A model generated the notes under the pieces. It saw only the letters and a list, made by a program, of their open reading frames with translations. It was not told where the DNA came from and did not search any database. Shown in pieces: positions 29,484-39,510 of a DNA stretch of 51,936 bases. Made by a program: the position numbers and the translations under genes. The DNA comes from Solirubrobacterales bacterium (GTDB taxonomy: Bacteria > Actinomycetota > Thermoleophilia > Solirubrobacterales > JACPNS01). The DNA is taken from contig JBMYXO010000004.1 of assembly GCA_049608465.1 (NCBI GenBank), positions 5,187 to 57,122 of the forward strand, given 5' to 3'. The number at the start of each line of letters is the position of its first letter. Position 1 is the first letter of the stretch.

Positions 29484-30401
29484 ATGGCAGCCGAGCAGCA
29501 ACAGCCTTCTGTGATTGCGATCTTCGGCCCGACCGGGATCGGTAAAACTGAAATAGCGATTCGCGTGGCTGAGATGTTGCGAGCGGAAGGGGAAGATCCC
29601 GTAGCCGTGTCCGTCGATTCGATGCAGGTTTATCGCGAGCTACCGATACTCACCGGTGTTGCCGACGCCGAGCAGCGTTCCCGACTTGAGCATCGCCTGA
29701 TTGGTCATGTGTCTGTGGCAGACAACTACGACGTGGCTACGCATGCGAAGCTTGCGCACGCTGAAATCGATCGACTCCGAAGCGCGGGCCAACGCCCGAT
29801 CGTCGTCGGCGGGACCGGCCTTTACTTGCGCGCGTCATTGACTGAGCTTGATCTGCTTCCGGCACCGAGCCCGGAAACACGAGAAAGGCTTTCGATCGAG
29901 CTTGAGCAAGACGGCCAAGCCGTGCTTTACGCGCGCCTTGAATCGATGGCACCGGACGTGGCGTCGACCATAGATGCAAACGATCCGCGCCGTACGATTC
30001 GCGCGCTTGAGGCGCTGGAGCAGGGCGTGTCCGCCGCAGAGCGCAGTGAGAACAGACTCTGGACCGAAGACGTACGTGTTCCGACGGAGTTGTTCGCGCT
30101 TGTGATGGATCGTGACGAGCTGTACGCGCGCGTGGAGCTCCGCGTCGATCAGATGGTCGCCGCCGGCGCCGAGCAGGAGGTTCGAGGCGCCGACCCGCTC
30201 GCTGGCAAGACGGCGCGCCAGGCGCTTGGATTCCAGGAGCTGCTCAGCGGCGACGTGGACCGCATGAAAACGAACACCAGGCGCTATGCGAAACGACAGT
30301 TGACGTGGCTGCGAAAACTCGCCGGAGCAATCGAAATCGACGTCACGCGGCGCACAGCGGACGCCGCCGCTGCCGAAATCGTTCATGCAGTCACCGATTA
30401 G
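29484..30401 (+). CDS. miaA: tRNA dimethylallyltransferase MiaA
   Basis: P-loop 'IFGPTGIGKTE', 'DSMQVYRELPILTG'. TTG 29460, overlapping the miaB stop, is the alternative start. Confidence 0.9.
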   Translation: MAAEQQQPSVIAIFGPTGIGKTEIAIRVAEMLRAEGEDPVAVSVDSMQVYRELPILTGVADAEQRSRLEHRLIGHVSVADNYDVATHAKLAHAEIDRLRSAGQRPIVVGGTGLYLRASLTELDLLPAPSPETRERLSIELEQDGQAVLYARLESMAPDVASTIDANDPRRTIRALEALEQGVSAAERSENRLWTEDVRVPTELFALVMDRDELYARVELRVDQMVAAGAEQEVRGADPLAGKTARQALGFQELLSGDVDRMKTNTRRYAKRQLTWLRKLAGAIEIDVTRRTADAAAAEIVHAVTD

Positions 30402-30413
30402 ACTGCCGCGCCG

Positions 30414-31265
30414 ATGAACTTTCAGAAGTGGCAGGCTCTCGGCAACGACTACATAATCATCGAACGCGGCGATCTGGCGTTCGAATTGACGCCCGAACGC
30501 GTTTCGCGAATCTGTGATTACCACTTCGGGCCGGGCGCGGACGGCATCCTCTTGATCGAGTCCACGGACGATCCTGAACTCGTCGCAAACGTAAGAATCT
30601 TCAACCCCGACGGATCGGAGGCCGAGCTGTCCGGCAACGGCGTGCGCGAGGCGATCATGTACCTGCGGCGCTCTGGCCAGACCACCGAAGATGAGTTCGC
30701 GATCAGCACCGCCGCGGGCGTGATCCGCCCCAAAGTTCTCTCTGACACCGAGTGCGAAGTGAAGATGGGCCAGGCGTCACTGACTTCGAAGGACTTTCCA
30801 AGCGGGCCGGAGAACGGACGCGGTACGGTCACGGTCAACGGCACGGACATCGAGTTTCAGCACGTGTCGATCGGTAATCCACAGTGCGCGATCGAGATTC
30901 CCGGCGAGATCAAGAACCTTTTGGCCCTCGACCTGCCTTCGATCGGGCCGGGGCTGGAACACGACGCACGCTTCCCGAACCGATCGAACGTGTCCTTCTG
31001 GCAACAGACCGGTGACAACTCAATCGTCGCGCGGATATTCGAACGCGGGGTGGGTGAGACTCTTTCCTCTGGCACCGGCGCAACCGGCGCAGCGGTCGCG
31101 GCGAAGCTTCGCGGCGTGCAGTCGCCGGTCACGGTCGGCCTCGACGGCGGCGAACTGATCGTCGACATCGACGATGACCTCAACATCACACTTACTGGGT
31201 GGGCCGTGCCCGTCTTCGACGGCACACTGACCGCCCAGTTCCTCAACGAACTGGAGCAGATTTGA
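30414..31265 (+). CDS. dapF: Diaminopimelate epimerase
   Basis: 'ALGNDYIII', 'SGNGVREA', 'ERGVGETLSSGTGA'. Confidence 0.92.
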   Translation: MNFQKWQALGNDYIIIERGDLAFELTPERVSRICDYHFGPGADGILLIESTDDPELVANVRIFNPDGSEAELSGNGVREAIMYLRRSGQTTEDEFAISTAAGVIRPKVLSDTECEVKMGQASLTSKDFPSGPENGRGTVTVNGTDIEFQHVSIGNPQCAIEIPGEIKNLLALDLPSIGPGLEHDARFPNRSNVSFWQQTGDNSIVARIFERGVGETLSSGTGATGAAVAAKLRGVQSPVTVGLDGGELIVDIDDDLNITLTGWAVPVFDGTLTAQFLNELEQI

Positions 31266-32434
31266 TGCAGCACGCCAAGCGGCTTGAAGTGATTCCGCCG
31301 TACCTTTTCGCCGAGCTCGAAAAGAAGATCGCCGACAAGAAGGCCGCCGGGATCGACGTGATCTCTTTGGGTATTGGCGACCCGGATTCACCAACGCCGG
31401 AGAACGTTGTCGCCGCTGCGCAGCAGGCAGTGGCAGACCCAAGCACGCACCAGTACCCCTCGAATCGCGGACGTTCGGAGTTTCGGGAGGCGATTGCGGA
31501 TTTCTACCGGCGTCGCTTCGACGTGGCTCTTGACCCTGAGACGGAGGTGATGCCCGCGATTGGCGCAAAAGAGGCGATCTTCAACCTGAACCTTGCGTTC
31601 CTCGATCCGGGCGACGTCGCTCTTGCGTCCGATCCTGGTTATCCGGTCTACACCGGTGGCCCGCTGCTCGTCGGCGCAGAACCGGTACTGATGCCGTTGC
31701 TGCCAGAGCGCGATTTCGCACCCGACCTGGCAGCAATTCCGGCAGACAAGCTCGCCAAGGCAAAGATGATCTTCATCAACTATCCGAACAACCCGACTGG
31801 CGCGACGGTGCCCGATGGATTTTTTAAGGAGGTCGTCGAGTTCGCCAGGTTGAACGATCTTCTAGTGGTGCACGACGCCTCCTACACGGAGACGGCTTAC
31901 GACGGCTATCGGCCTCCCAGCTTTCTCGAAACGCCCGGCGCGAAGGAGGTCGGAATCGAGGTCTTCTCGCTTTCGAAGGGCTTCAACATGACCGGGTGGC
32001 GTGCGGCGGCTGTCGTCGGGAACGCAGACGCTGTCGCCGCCTATTGGCGTCTGAAGACGAACGTCGACTCTGGATTGTTCGAAGCCGTGCAGCTTGCCGC
32101 CGTCGAGGCGTTGAACGAACGAACCGAGGCAAGCGTCGCTGCGATGAATCAGACCTACGCGCGTCGTCGCGACCTGGTTTGCGACGCTCTGGCGCAGATC
32201 GGTGTGGACGTGCAACGCCCGAAGGCCACGATCTATATCTGGGCACCGGTACCGGAGGGCTTCGACAACGCTGCAGCCTACTGCGAACACGTTCTCGAAG
32301 AATCCGCGGTCGTGATTTCTCCGGGAGGCGCATACGGCGCCAGCGGCGAGGGCTTCTTCAGAATCTCGCTGACAACACCCGATGATCGCCTCACCGAAGC
32401 CGTGGAGCGCCTCCGCTCAACGCTCGCCAGATAG
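31265..32434 (+). CDS. dapL: Class I/II aminotransferase, LL-diaminopimelate aminotransferase-like
   Basis: 'IPPYLFAELEKKIADKKAAGIDVISLGIGDPDSPTP', PLP-Lys context 'SLSKGFNMTGWR'. The start overlaps the dapF stop (tgATG). Confidence 0.7.
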   Translation: MQHAKRLEVIPPYLFAELEKKIADKKAAGIDVISLGIGDPDSPTPENVVAAAQQAVADPSTHQYPSNRGRSEFREAIADFYRRRFDVALDPETEVMPAIGAKEAIFNLNLAFLDPGDVALASDPGYPVYTGGPLLVGAEPVLMPLLPERDFAPDLAAIPADKLAKAKMIFINYPNNPTGATVPDGFFKEVVEFARLNDLLVVHDASYTETAYDGYRPPSFLETPGAKEVGIEVFSLSKGFNMTGWRAAAVVGNADAVAAYWRLKTNVDSGLFEAVQLAAVEALNERTEASVAAMNQTYARRRDLVCDALAQIGVDVQRPKATIYIWAPVPEGFDNAAAYCEHVLEESAVVISPGGAYGASGEGFFRISLTTPDDRLTEAVERLRSTLAR

Positions 32435-32447
32435 CACGACTTCGTGA

Positions 32448-32477
32448 AACAAGGTTCGCCAAAAGGGGAACCTTGTT
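32448..32477 (+). terminator. Terminator hairpin after the aminotransferase gene
   Basis: aacaaggttc / gaaccttgtt (10 bp) with a 10-nt loop, then the T-rich gttgttcgtttc. Confidence 0.55.
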
Positions 32478-32497
32478 GTTCGTTTCGGCGTTAGGCT

Positions 32498-33859
32498 GTG
32501 TTTGTGCCTATGCGGGTGGCTTCGAATGGATACAACGGCGACGGACGCCAGCGCGACAAGCTGTCGAGTTATGGCGACGGTATTCGCAATCCGCGGGCCA
32601 AGCAGCGTGCCCTCTGTATCGCATCGACCGTGGACGAGCCGGAGCTCGCGGAGCTTCGCGAGCTACTACGAACGGCAGGGGTCGCGATCGCGGGCGAAAT
32701 GACCCAGCGTCGCGAAGAGCCCGACCCGAATACCTATTTCGGCAAGGGCAAGCTCGTAGAGCTCAAGGCGGCGATCAAAGCGACCGGCGCAAACGTCATC
32801 GCTTGCGACGACGAACTGCTGCCGCGCCAAGCGCGAAATCTCGAAGAGGCGGTCGGAATCTCCGTGGTCGATCGCACGGAGATCATCCTTGACATCTTTG
32901 CTGGGCATGCCCGCAGCGCCGAGGGCAAGCTCCAGGTCGAACTGGCACAGCTGGAATACAACCTTTCACGCATGCGTGGACTGTGGACGCACCTCGAACG
33001 TCTTGGAGCCGGCATCGGAACGCGTGGTCCGGGTGAGTCACAGATCGAGACCGACCGCCGCCTCGCGCGCGATCGCATCACGGCGCTCAGACGCCGCCTC
33101 GAGGAGATGCGTTCGGCGCGAGAAGTTCAGCGTCGCGAACGCGAGCGCAAAACGATCGCGACGGTCGCGTTGGCCGGCTACACGAACGCTGGCAAGTCCA
33201 GCATCCTGAACACGCTGACCGGCTCGGAAGTGACCGTGCGCGATCGGCTTTTCGAAACACTCGACCCGACCACGCGCACACTTGAAGTCGAGGGACGAAC
33301 GGTCCTGCTGACCGACACCGTCGGTTTCATTCGCAAACTCCCTCACCAACTGGTGGACGCGTTTGCGTCGACGCTTGAAGAGGCGTACTCCGCCGAACTC
33401 GTTCTGCACGTCGTCGATGCGTCGATGGAGGAGGAGGAATTGGGCGAGATGATCGTCGCGGTGGATGACGTCCTCGCCGAGATCGGCGTCGTCGAACAGG
33501 ACTCTCATCTGGTGTTGAACAAGGTCGACCTGGTCGACGATGCTCGCAGGCAGGAACTCCGATACCGCCACCCGGAAGCATCGCTGGTGTCTGCAACAAG
33601 CGGCGAGGGACTGGACGAACTGCGCGAGACGATTGCTGCAAAGCTGTCGTCGAAGCTCGTGCAGGTGGAATTACTCGTCCCATACTCCTCCGGCGAAATC
33701 ATCGACACGCTTCATCAACAAGCCGCGGATCTCAAGCGCGATGACCGCGCCGACGGCGTTCATGTGCTCGCGAAGTTGCCTGCTCCACTCGCCGCAAGGT
33801 TGGATCGATTCGTGGTGGATTCGATCTCCGCCAACGGTCACGCTCCCACCGCTGCCTGA
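32498..33859 (+). CDS. hflX: GTPase HflX
   Basis: 'GKLQVELAQLEY', 'GPGESQIETDRR', G1 'GYTNAGKSS', 'DTVGFI', 'NKVD'. ATG 32510 is the alternative start. Confidence 0.9.
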   Translation: MFVPMRVASNGYNGDGRQRDKLSSYGDGIRNPRAKQRALCIASTVDEPELAELRELLRTAGVAIAGEMTQRREEPDPNTYFGKGKLVELKAAIKATGANVIACDDELLPRQARNLEEAVGISVVDRTEIILDIFAGHARSAEGKLQVELAQLEYNLSRMRGLWTHLERLGAGIGTRGPGESQIETDRRLARDRITALRRRLEEMRSAREVQRRERERKTIATVALAGYTNAGKSSILNTLTGSEVTVRDRLFETLDPTTRTLEVEGRTVLLTDTVGFIRKLPHQLVDAFASTLEEAYSAELVLHVVDASMEEEELGEMIVAVDDVLAEIGVVEQDSHLVLNKVDLVDDARRQELRYRHPEASLVSATSGEGLDELRETIAAKLSSKLVQVELLVPYSSGEIIDTLHQQAADLKRDDRADGVHVLAKLPAPLAARLDRFVVDSISANGHAPTAA

Positions 33860-33873
33860 TTTCTGCCCGCCGG

Positions 33874-34332
33874 ATGGCGTCCGGTATCGTGCCGCAGGTC
33901 TTGAAGCTTCGTTACATCAAACTTCGGCCGGACGCGATCGTTCCGACGCAGGCGCACGACGGCGACGCGGGCAGTGACGTCTACGCAGTCGAAGCGGGCG
34001 AGCTGCCCCCCGGCGGTCGTGCCCAAATTCCGACCGGTATCGCGGTGGCAATCCCTGACGGTTGTGCGGGGCTGCTTCTGCCGCGCTCTGGATTGGCTTA
34101 TAAGCACGGGATCACGCTGACCAACGCCCCCGGACTAATTGATTCCGGCTACCGCGGGGAGTTGCGGGTGTTGATGCTGAACACGGACCCAGAGAACTCC
34201 TTCTCTGTCGAACCGGGGGACCGAATCGCCCAGTTGGTAATCGTGAATTACGTGCCGCCGCAGTGGACCGAGGTCGAGGAGTTCGATCAGACGGGCCGCG
34301 GTGGCGGCGGGTTCGGTTCCACTGGCGTCTGA
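33874..34332 (+). CDS. dut: dUTP diphosphatase
   Basis: 'GDAGSDVYA', 'GLIDSGYRGE', C-terminal motif V 'RGGGGFGSTG'. Confidence 0.92.
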   Translation: MASGIVPQVLKLRYIKLRPDAIVPTQAHDGDAGSDVYAVEAGELPPGGRAQIPTGIAVAIPDGCAGLLLPRSGLAYKHGITLTNAPGLIDSGYRGELRVLMLNTDPENSFSVEPGDRIAQLVIVNYVPPQWTEVEEFDQTGRGGGGFGSTGV

Positions 34333-35543
34333 GGCTCGACGTCCTTGGCCGCCGATCGAATCATGAACGGTGCCAACAGCGTTGTGAGGATTGACATACC
34401 GACGACCACGGCAAAGATGTCGGAATCGATCACGCCCTGAGAAAACCCGAGACCCGCGACGATGATTCCGACCTCTCCGCGCGGGACCATACCGGCGCTC
34501 ACGATCTTGCGATCACGCTTGCTCATACCGATGGTCCCGATCCAAGCACCGGCGTACTTCGTGATGATCGCCAGCAGCGTTATGCCAATCAGCAACAGAT
34601 CCGTCTCGAGGCTGGCGAACTCGGAGATGTCGATCTGAGCTCCGATAACGGCAAAGAAGAACGGCCCAAAAAACGCGTAAAGCGGAGCGACTTCGCTTTC
34701 GATCGAGTTCTGATCGCGCGTCTCAGCGATGATCATTCCCGCGAGGAATGCGCCGATTACGGCGGCAAGGCCGATCTCAGACGCAAGCACGGCGAATCCG
34801 AGACAAATGATGACCGCGGGCAGGAGGGGGGAGTCCGCGAATCGAGGTGCTTCCAGCAGCTGCGGCCGATCGCGCAGAATCTTCGCCCCGCCGAGACCAA
34901 AGAATCCGAGAAACAGGGCGGAGAGGCCCAGCAGTAGGGCGAGTTCACCGATTTGAATGCCGCCTTCCGAGGCCACGCCTGTGGCGATCGCCAGGAACAC
35001 CAACGCGAGGATGTCGTCCAGTACCGCAGCACTCAGAATCGTGCGACCGGCTACGCCGTCGTGAATCTTCAATTCGATCATGATCGCCGAGGTGATCCCG
35101 ACGCTCGTGGCTGCGAGGGCCGCGCCGATGAACAACGCAGTCGCCGTAGAGGCGCCCGCAGCGAGCGCGAGGCCGAGCCCCGCGCCGGCCGGAATCGCGA
35201 CTCCGAGCACGCCGACGCGAGTCGCCGACTTGCCAACGGAGCGAACGTCTCCGATCTTCGTCTCAAGTCCGACCCAGAACAAGAGAAAGATCACTCCGAG
35301 CTCGGCAAACACCTGAACGACGGTGTCGAGCTCGACCAAAGCAAGTACTGACGGGCCAACTATCGCGCCGGCGAGGATCTCGCCCACGACGACCGGCTGT
35401 TTGATGCGCCTGAACAGCTCTTCGCCGGCCTTAGCGGCGACGAGCAGAACAAAAAGCGCCAGCAGCGCAGTGGTGACATCGGCAGAGCCAGCGGCTATCG
35501 GAAGGTTCACGTTGATGAAGGCAATTCTTTCAGCTTGCGCCAA
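34287..35543 (-). CDS. Cation:proton antiporter (CPA2/Kef-type)
   Basis: About 12 hydrophobic spans, 'PVVVGEILAGAIVGPS'. The 3' end overlaps the dut 3' end. Confidence 0.85.
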   Translation of the reverse strand: MAQAERIAFINVNLPIAAGSADVTTALLALFVLLVAAKAGEELFRRIKQPVVVGEILAGAIVGPSVLALVELDTVVQVFAELGVIFLLFWVGLETKIGDVRSVGKSATRVGVLGVAIPAGAGLGLALAAGASTATALFIGAALAATSVGITSAIMIELKIHDGVAGRTILSAAVLDDILALVFLAIATGVASEGGIQIGELALLLGLSALFLGFFGLGGAKILRDRPQLLEAPRFADSPLLPAVIICLGFAVLASEIGLAAVIGAFLAGMIIAETRDQNSIESEVAPLYAFFGPFFFAVIGAQIDISEFASLETDLLLIGITLLAIITKYAGAWIGTIGMSKRDRKIVSAGMVPRGEVGIIVAGLGFSQGVIDSDIFAVVVGMSILTTLLAPFMIRSAAKDVEPQTPVEPNPPPPRPV

Positions 35544-36327
35544 CTCGCTTGGCCAGGCGAGACTTTAATCCATGCGACTTCTGCGATGCGCGCAGTGCGC
35601 TTTGGTGGGCGAGGTCCTCGAGGCGATCGTCGAGCGGCGGTAGGTCACTGGCCAGAGCAAGGGCGAGCGTCAAGAGGTGGTCTGCGAACCAGACGTTTTT
35701 CGGCAAGAGCGGCCCGTGCAGGTAAGTGCCGAAAACGTTGTTGCGACGAGCTCCTTCGAACCCGTCCTTTCCGTTGTTGCCATATCCACCCACCACGCGC
35801 CCGAGCGGTTCACACTCGTTGCCGAGGTACGTGCGACCGCCGTGGTTCTCGAAACCGGCAAGCTCGCGCGGCTGTCCGTTCACGGAAACTTCGATCGTGA
35901 CGTTGCCGATCAGTCTTGGGCCGGGTTCGCGAACGGTTCGAAGATCGATGATTCCGAGTCCGTCGATGCGTCGATCATCGAGCTCGTAGTACTCACCGAG
36001 CAGTTGGTATCCGCCACAGACCGCGAGGATCACCTTGCCGGATTCGGCTGCGGTCACCAACGATTCGCGTTTGGTTCTGTGAATGTCGTCGGCGATTTGA
36101 ATCTGGTCGCTGTCCTGGCCGCCGCCGATGTAGTAGAGGTCGTGGGCGTCGGGATCGATCGAATCGCCATCGTCGACGGCGGTCAGTTGGAAATTGAATC
36201 CATGACGCGCGCAGCGTTCCTGGAGAACCATCAGATTGCCGCGATCCGCGTAGATGTTCATGCGTGACGGATACAGCGCGCAAACTCTTAGGGTGGCTGC
36301 GTCGTGTGCTGCTCGATGACCAGTCAT
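35530..36327 (-). CDS. gatD: Lipid II isoglutaminyl synthase glutaminase subunit GatD (CobQ/CobB-type amidotransferase)
   Basis: 'LYPSRMNIYADRGN', catalytic 'AVCGGYQLLG', 'FENHGGRT'. The start overlaps the murT stop. Confidence 0.8.
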   Translation of the reverse strand: MTGHRAAHDAATLRVCALYPSRMNIYADRGNLMVLQERCARHGFNFQLTAVDDGDSIDPDAHDLYYIGGGQDSDQIQIADDIHRTKRESLVTAAESGKVILAVCGGYQLLGEYYELDDRRIDGLGIIDLRTVREPGPRLIGNVTIEVSVNGQPRELAGFENHGGRTYLGNECEPLGRVVGGYGNNGKDGFEGARRNNVFGTYLHGPLLPKNVWFADHLLTLALALASDLPPLDDRLEDLAHQSALRASQKSHGLKSRLAKRVGAS

Positions 36328-37721
36328 CGCAGTTTCGTCTGTTCCCAGTACGTGGGCGCGTCACCGCGACGAGAAATCGCGCCGCGAAGTTCGAGCAGTG
36401 CTGTGTAAGTCGGAAGCGCGTACAGCCGTGACTCGCCGCGGATAGATCCGCTCACCGACGTGTCGAATGAGCCCTCGACGTCGCGATCTACACGAATTCG
36501 CTCGCGTTCGATACCGGCATAAGCAAGACGCAGAGCCATCTCCTCGGCGCGAGTGCCGGAGCAGGTCACGAATCGAATGTGATCGGCGAGCATCTCGAAA
36601 TCTGCGTCCCAAACCCACGAAACATCTCGTCCGTCAGCGATGTTGTCGTTGAGTGCAATCCAGAGGTCGAATTGATCTCCATCGGCGGTTATCGTCCTCA
36701 ACACTTCGTTTGCGCCGGTCGGGTTCTTGATCAGCAGAAGCGCAACGTCGTGCCCTTTGATCTCGATCGTCTCCACGCGGCCGAACACAGCCTTTGCCGA
36801 GGCGAGTCCTGCAGCGGTCGCAACCGAACTGATCTCCAGCGCATGGGCTGCAGCGGCGGCAGCGACTGCGTTGTAAACGTTGTAGAGCCCGGGAATCGGA
36901 ACCTCAGCTTTGAAGCTGCCGGTCGGTGTGACGATCTCGATCGAACTTCCGCGCATGCCATTCATCGAGATGGACTGTGCGGCGACGCTGGGCCGGGGGC
37001 GCTCGAACTCGCAGTTCGGACATGCGTATTTCCCGAGGTGACCAAGCTGCACGGCGCTATATGCGAGTGCGGCGCCGCAGCGGCGACAGTACTTCGAATC
37101 GGCGGCATGACGGGGGACGGGTTCTGCGTAGCGATCATCTTCAATGCCGAAGAACACGGTGTTGGCTCGTCCCCCGGCGATACCGGCAAGGAGTGGATCG
37201 TCGGCGTTGAGAACGACGCTCGTCGTGGACGGCAACGCGCCGATCATCTTCTGCCAGCCGTCGGCCAGTGTCTCGAGTTCTCCGTAACGGTCGAGCTGGT
37301 CCCGGAAGAGGTTCGCCAAGACGATCACGCGTGGATTGATTTCGTCGACAATCGTCTGTGTCCACGCTTCGTCGACCTCGAACAGACCTATGTCGCCGTC
37401 GACGCGTCCGTCGTGGGAAGCATCGAGCAACGCCGTTGCGATGCCGCCCGCCATGTTGGCTCCGGCGTGATTGTGGACCGGTCGGAAGTCACTGCTCTCG
37501 AGGATGCTCGAAAGCAGAGACGCAGTGGTGGTTTTCCCATTCGTGGCAGAAATGACGATCGCGCCGTGGCGAAGATCTGATGCGAGCACCGATATCGCGT
37601 CCGACTGCATGCGCAGCAAGAGTTTTCCCGGAAGCGACGTGCCACCGCCACGCCCGGAGCCACGGCTGAGCCTGCCAACCGCGTGGGCGAGGCCTAGTTT
37701 CAGAGGCGAAACGGTCTTCAT
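36324..37721 (-). CDS. murT: Lipid II isoglutaminyl synthase MurT (Mur-ligase family)
   Basis: 'ISATNGKTTT' P-loop, Cys4 ribbon 'CRRCGAAL...YACPNC', C-terminal DUF1727-like region. Confidence 0.85.
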   Translation of the reverse strand: MKTVSPLKLGLAHAVGRLSRGSGRGGGTSLPGKLLLRMQSDAISVLASDLRHGAIVISATNGKTTTASLLSSILESSDFRPVHNHAGANMAGGIATALLDASHDGRVDGDIGLFEVDEAWTQTIVDEINPRVIVLANLFRDQLDRYGELETLADGWQKMIGALPSTTSVVLNADDPLLAGIAGGRANTVFFGIEDDRYAEPVPRHAADSKYCRRCGAALAYSAVQLGHLGKYACPNCEFERPRPSVAAQSISMNGMRGSSIEIVTPTGSFKAEVPIPGLYNVYNAVAAAAAAHALEISSVATAAGLASAKAVFGRVETIEIKGHDVALLLIKNPTGANEVLRTITADGDQFDLWIALNDNIADGRDVSWVWDADFEMLADHIRFVTCSGTRAEEMALRLAYAGIERERIRVDRDVEGSFDTSVSGSIRGESRLYALPTYTALLELRGAISRRGDAPTYWEQTKLR

Positions 37722-37791
37722 TGCAGCGAATTATCGCTGGCGCGAAAATGAACCTTCAGGATGCAACGCGAATAGCGCCGTAAGTTCTCGA

Positions 37792-38661
37792 TCAGGCCGG
37801 TAGAGAAGAGCGGTGATCTGCTGCACCGGCGCCGTTCTGAGCCGGCAAGAATGCTCGCCCGGCAACTTCGGTCGCATAGCGAGTGGCCCATTCGCCGCGT
37901 TCAGCGCCTTTCATCGAGACGTCGGGTTCCAGGCGCCGAATGTCGGCGGTTTCGAGAAGCATGTCGCCGATCAAGCGTTCTGCGTGCACTTCTTCAGGGA
38001 CCTCAGGATCGAGCGTGAGCAGGACATCCTGTTGAGCGCGGTGCCAGACCTCGTCGGTAATTTGCTCGCTGGCGACCAACGAGACGCCGCGCCGCGTGGC
38101 CCAATAGAGGTCGAATATGCCTAGGCGATACGCATAAAGCTTGATGCCGTCGCTGAACACGAAGTTCAGCCCGGAAAACGTGTGCCCGGCAACAATCGTC
38201 GCCACGACGCCGCGAATCGAGCGGACCGGGTCCTCCGGGTCGAATTCGTTCATCAATCGCATGAAGAAGCACTCTGAGTCCGTCTCCCCATGCGGTTCAT
38301 CCATGCCATTTCTGAGCAGGCCTCTGTAGTCAAGGATTGTTCCGTTGTGCGCGAAGCTGTACGGGCCGTATTCGAACGGATGTGTGTTTTCCGAGGAAAG
38401 CCCGCCGAGCGTGGCGCGACGGACATGCACGTTGAAGATGCGTCCGCGCAACTGAGTTGCAGGCAGGAATCGGCTGTCTTGGTGGGCGGCGAACGCGAAG
38501 CGCTCGGTGACCGGTGCTGCCTGTCCGATCTCGCGATACGCGGCCATCCCCCAGCCGGAATCGTGATCCTCCGACAGTCTGATGATCGGATTCGACGACT
38601 CGACCAGCTCGTACTGAACTGATATCGGGTCTGACGCAACGGCTCCAAACACGCGGCACAT
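37792..38661 (-). CDS. Class II (Ntn) glutamine amidotransferase, YafJ-like
   Basis: Starts 'MCRVFG' (Cys2 nucleophile), 'NTHPF', 'FAHNGTI'. Confidence 0.8.
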   Translation of the reverse strand: MCRVFGAVASDPISVQYELVESSNPIIRLSEDHDSGWGMAAYREIGQAAPVTERFAFAAHQDSRFLPATQLRGRIFNVHVRRATLGGLSSENTHPFEYGPYSFAHNGTILDYRGLLRNGMDEPHGETDSECFFMRLMNEFDPEDPVRSIRGVVATIVAGHTFSGLNFVFSDGIKLYAYRLGIFDLYWATRRGVSLVASEQITDEVWHRAQQDVLLTLDPEVPEEVHAERLIGDMLLETADIRRLEPDVSMKGAERGEWATRYATEVAGRAFLPAQNGAGAADHRSSLPA

Positions 38662-38763
38662 GGTCTTCTCCAGACTACAGGCAAATGCAATACCGCGCCG
38701 CTGACGATAATCGTGGGTCGTGACCGGGCAGGCGACTGCCCGTAAGACGCGAAAGGGTTCGCT

Positions 38764-39486
38764 ATGAGTTCATCCGATTCAGCATCCGGGCGCGACCGCT
38801 ACACGACTTGGCTGTTGCATGACTCGCGCAAGACGCCAACACTGCTTGCGTTGTTTGCCGTTGTCGCGATCGCGCTCACCGGCTGCGGCGAAAGCGCAGA
38901 GTCTGGATCTGACAAACAACTCGACGCAAACGGTTGCACTGTCGCCGAAATGCCAGCAGCCAAATCGGTTGACGTGAGCCCGCCGTCCACGCAGCTCGAT
39001 CCGAACAAAACTCATGTGGTCACGATGAGCACCAACTGCGGAGAGTTCAAGATCAAACTGGATGCCAAAAACAATCCACGCACCGCTTCGTCGTTCGCCC
39101 ACCTGGTCGAAGAGGGTGTGTACGACGGCACCTGGTTTCATCGCATCGTGCCCGATTTCGTGATCCAGGGCGGCGATCCGAACGCCGACGGAAGCGGCGG
39201 ATCCGGATACGACATAGTCGAGCCGCCGACCGGCCAGTACCGGATCGGAACGGTCGCGATGGCGAAGACCGCGAACGATCCAGCCGGGAACTCCTCTTCG
39301 CAGTTCTATGTCGTTATCGGTGAGGACGGAACAGACCTACCACCCGACTACGCGATTGCCGGCGATGTCAGCGACGGAGAAGACGTGATCGAAAGAATTG
39401 CGCGCTACGCCCCGGGCGAGGCGTCCGATGGCGCACCGTCGGGTGTGGCGATCATCGAGAAGGCCAGCGTCTCGACTTCTGAGTGA
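38764..39486 (+). CDS. Cyclophilin-type peptidyl-prolyl isomerase lipoprotein
   Basis: Lipobox 'ALTGCGES', 'FHRIVPDFVIQGGDP', 'SSSQFYVV'. Confidence 0.9.
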   Translation: MSSSDSASGRDRYTTWLLHDSRKTPTLLALFAVVAIALTGCGESAESGSDKQLDANGCTVAEMPAAKSVDVSPPSTQLDPNKTHVVTMSTNCGEFKIKLDAKNNPRTASSFAHLVEEGVYDGTWFHRIVPDFVIQGGDPNADGSGGSGYDIVEPPTGQYRIGTVAMAKTANDPAGNSSSQFYVVIGEDGTDLPPDYAIAGDVSDGEDVIERIARYAPGEASDGAPSGVAIIEKASVSTSE

Positions 39487-39510
39487 TCTGGCGTCGCTTC
39501 GGCTGCGCGT

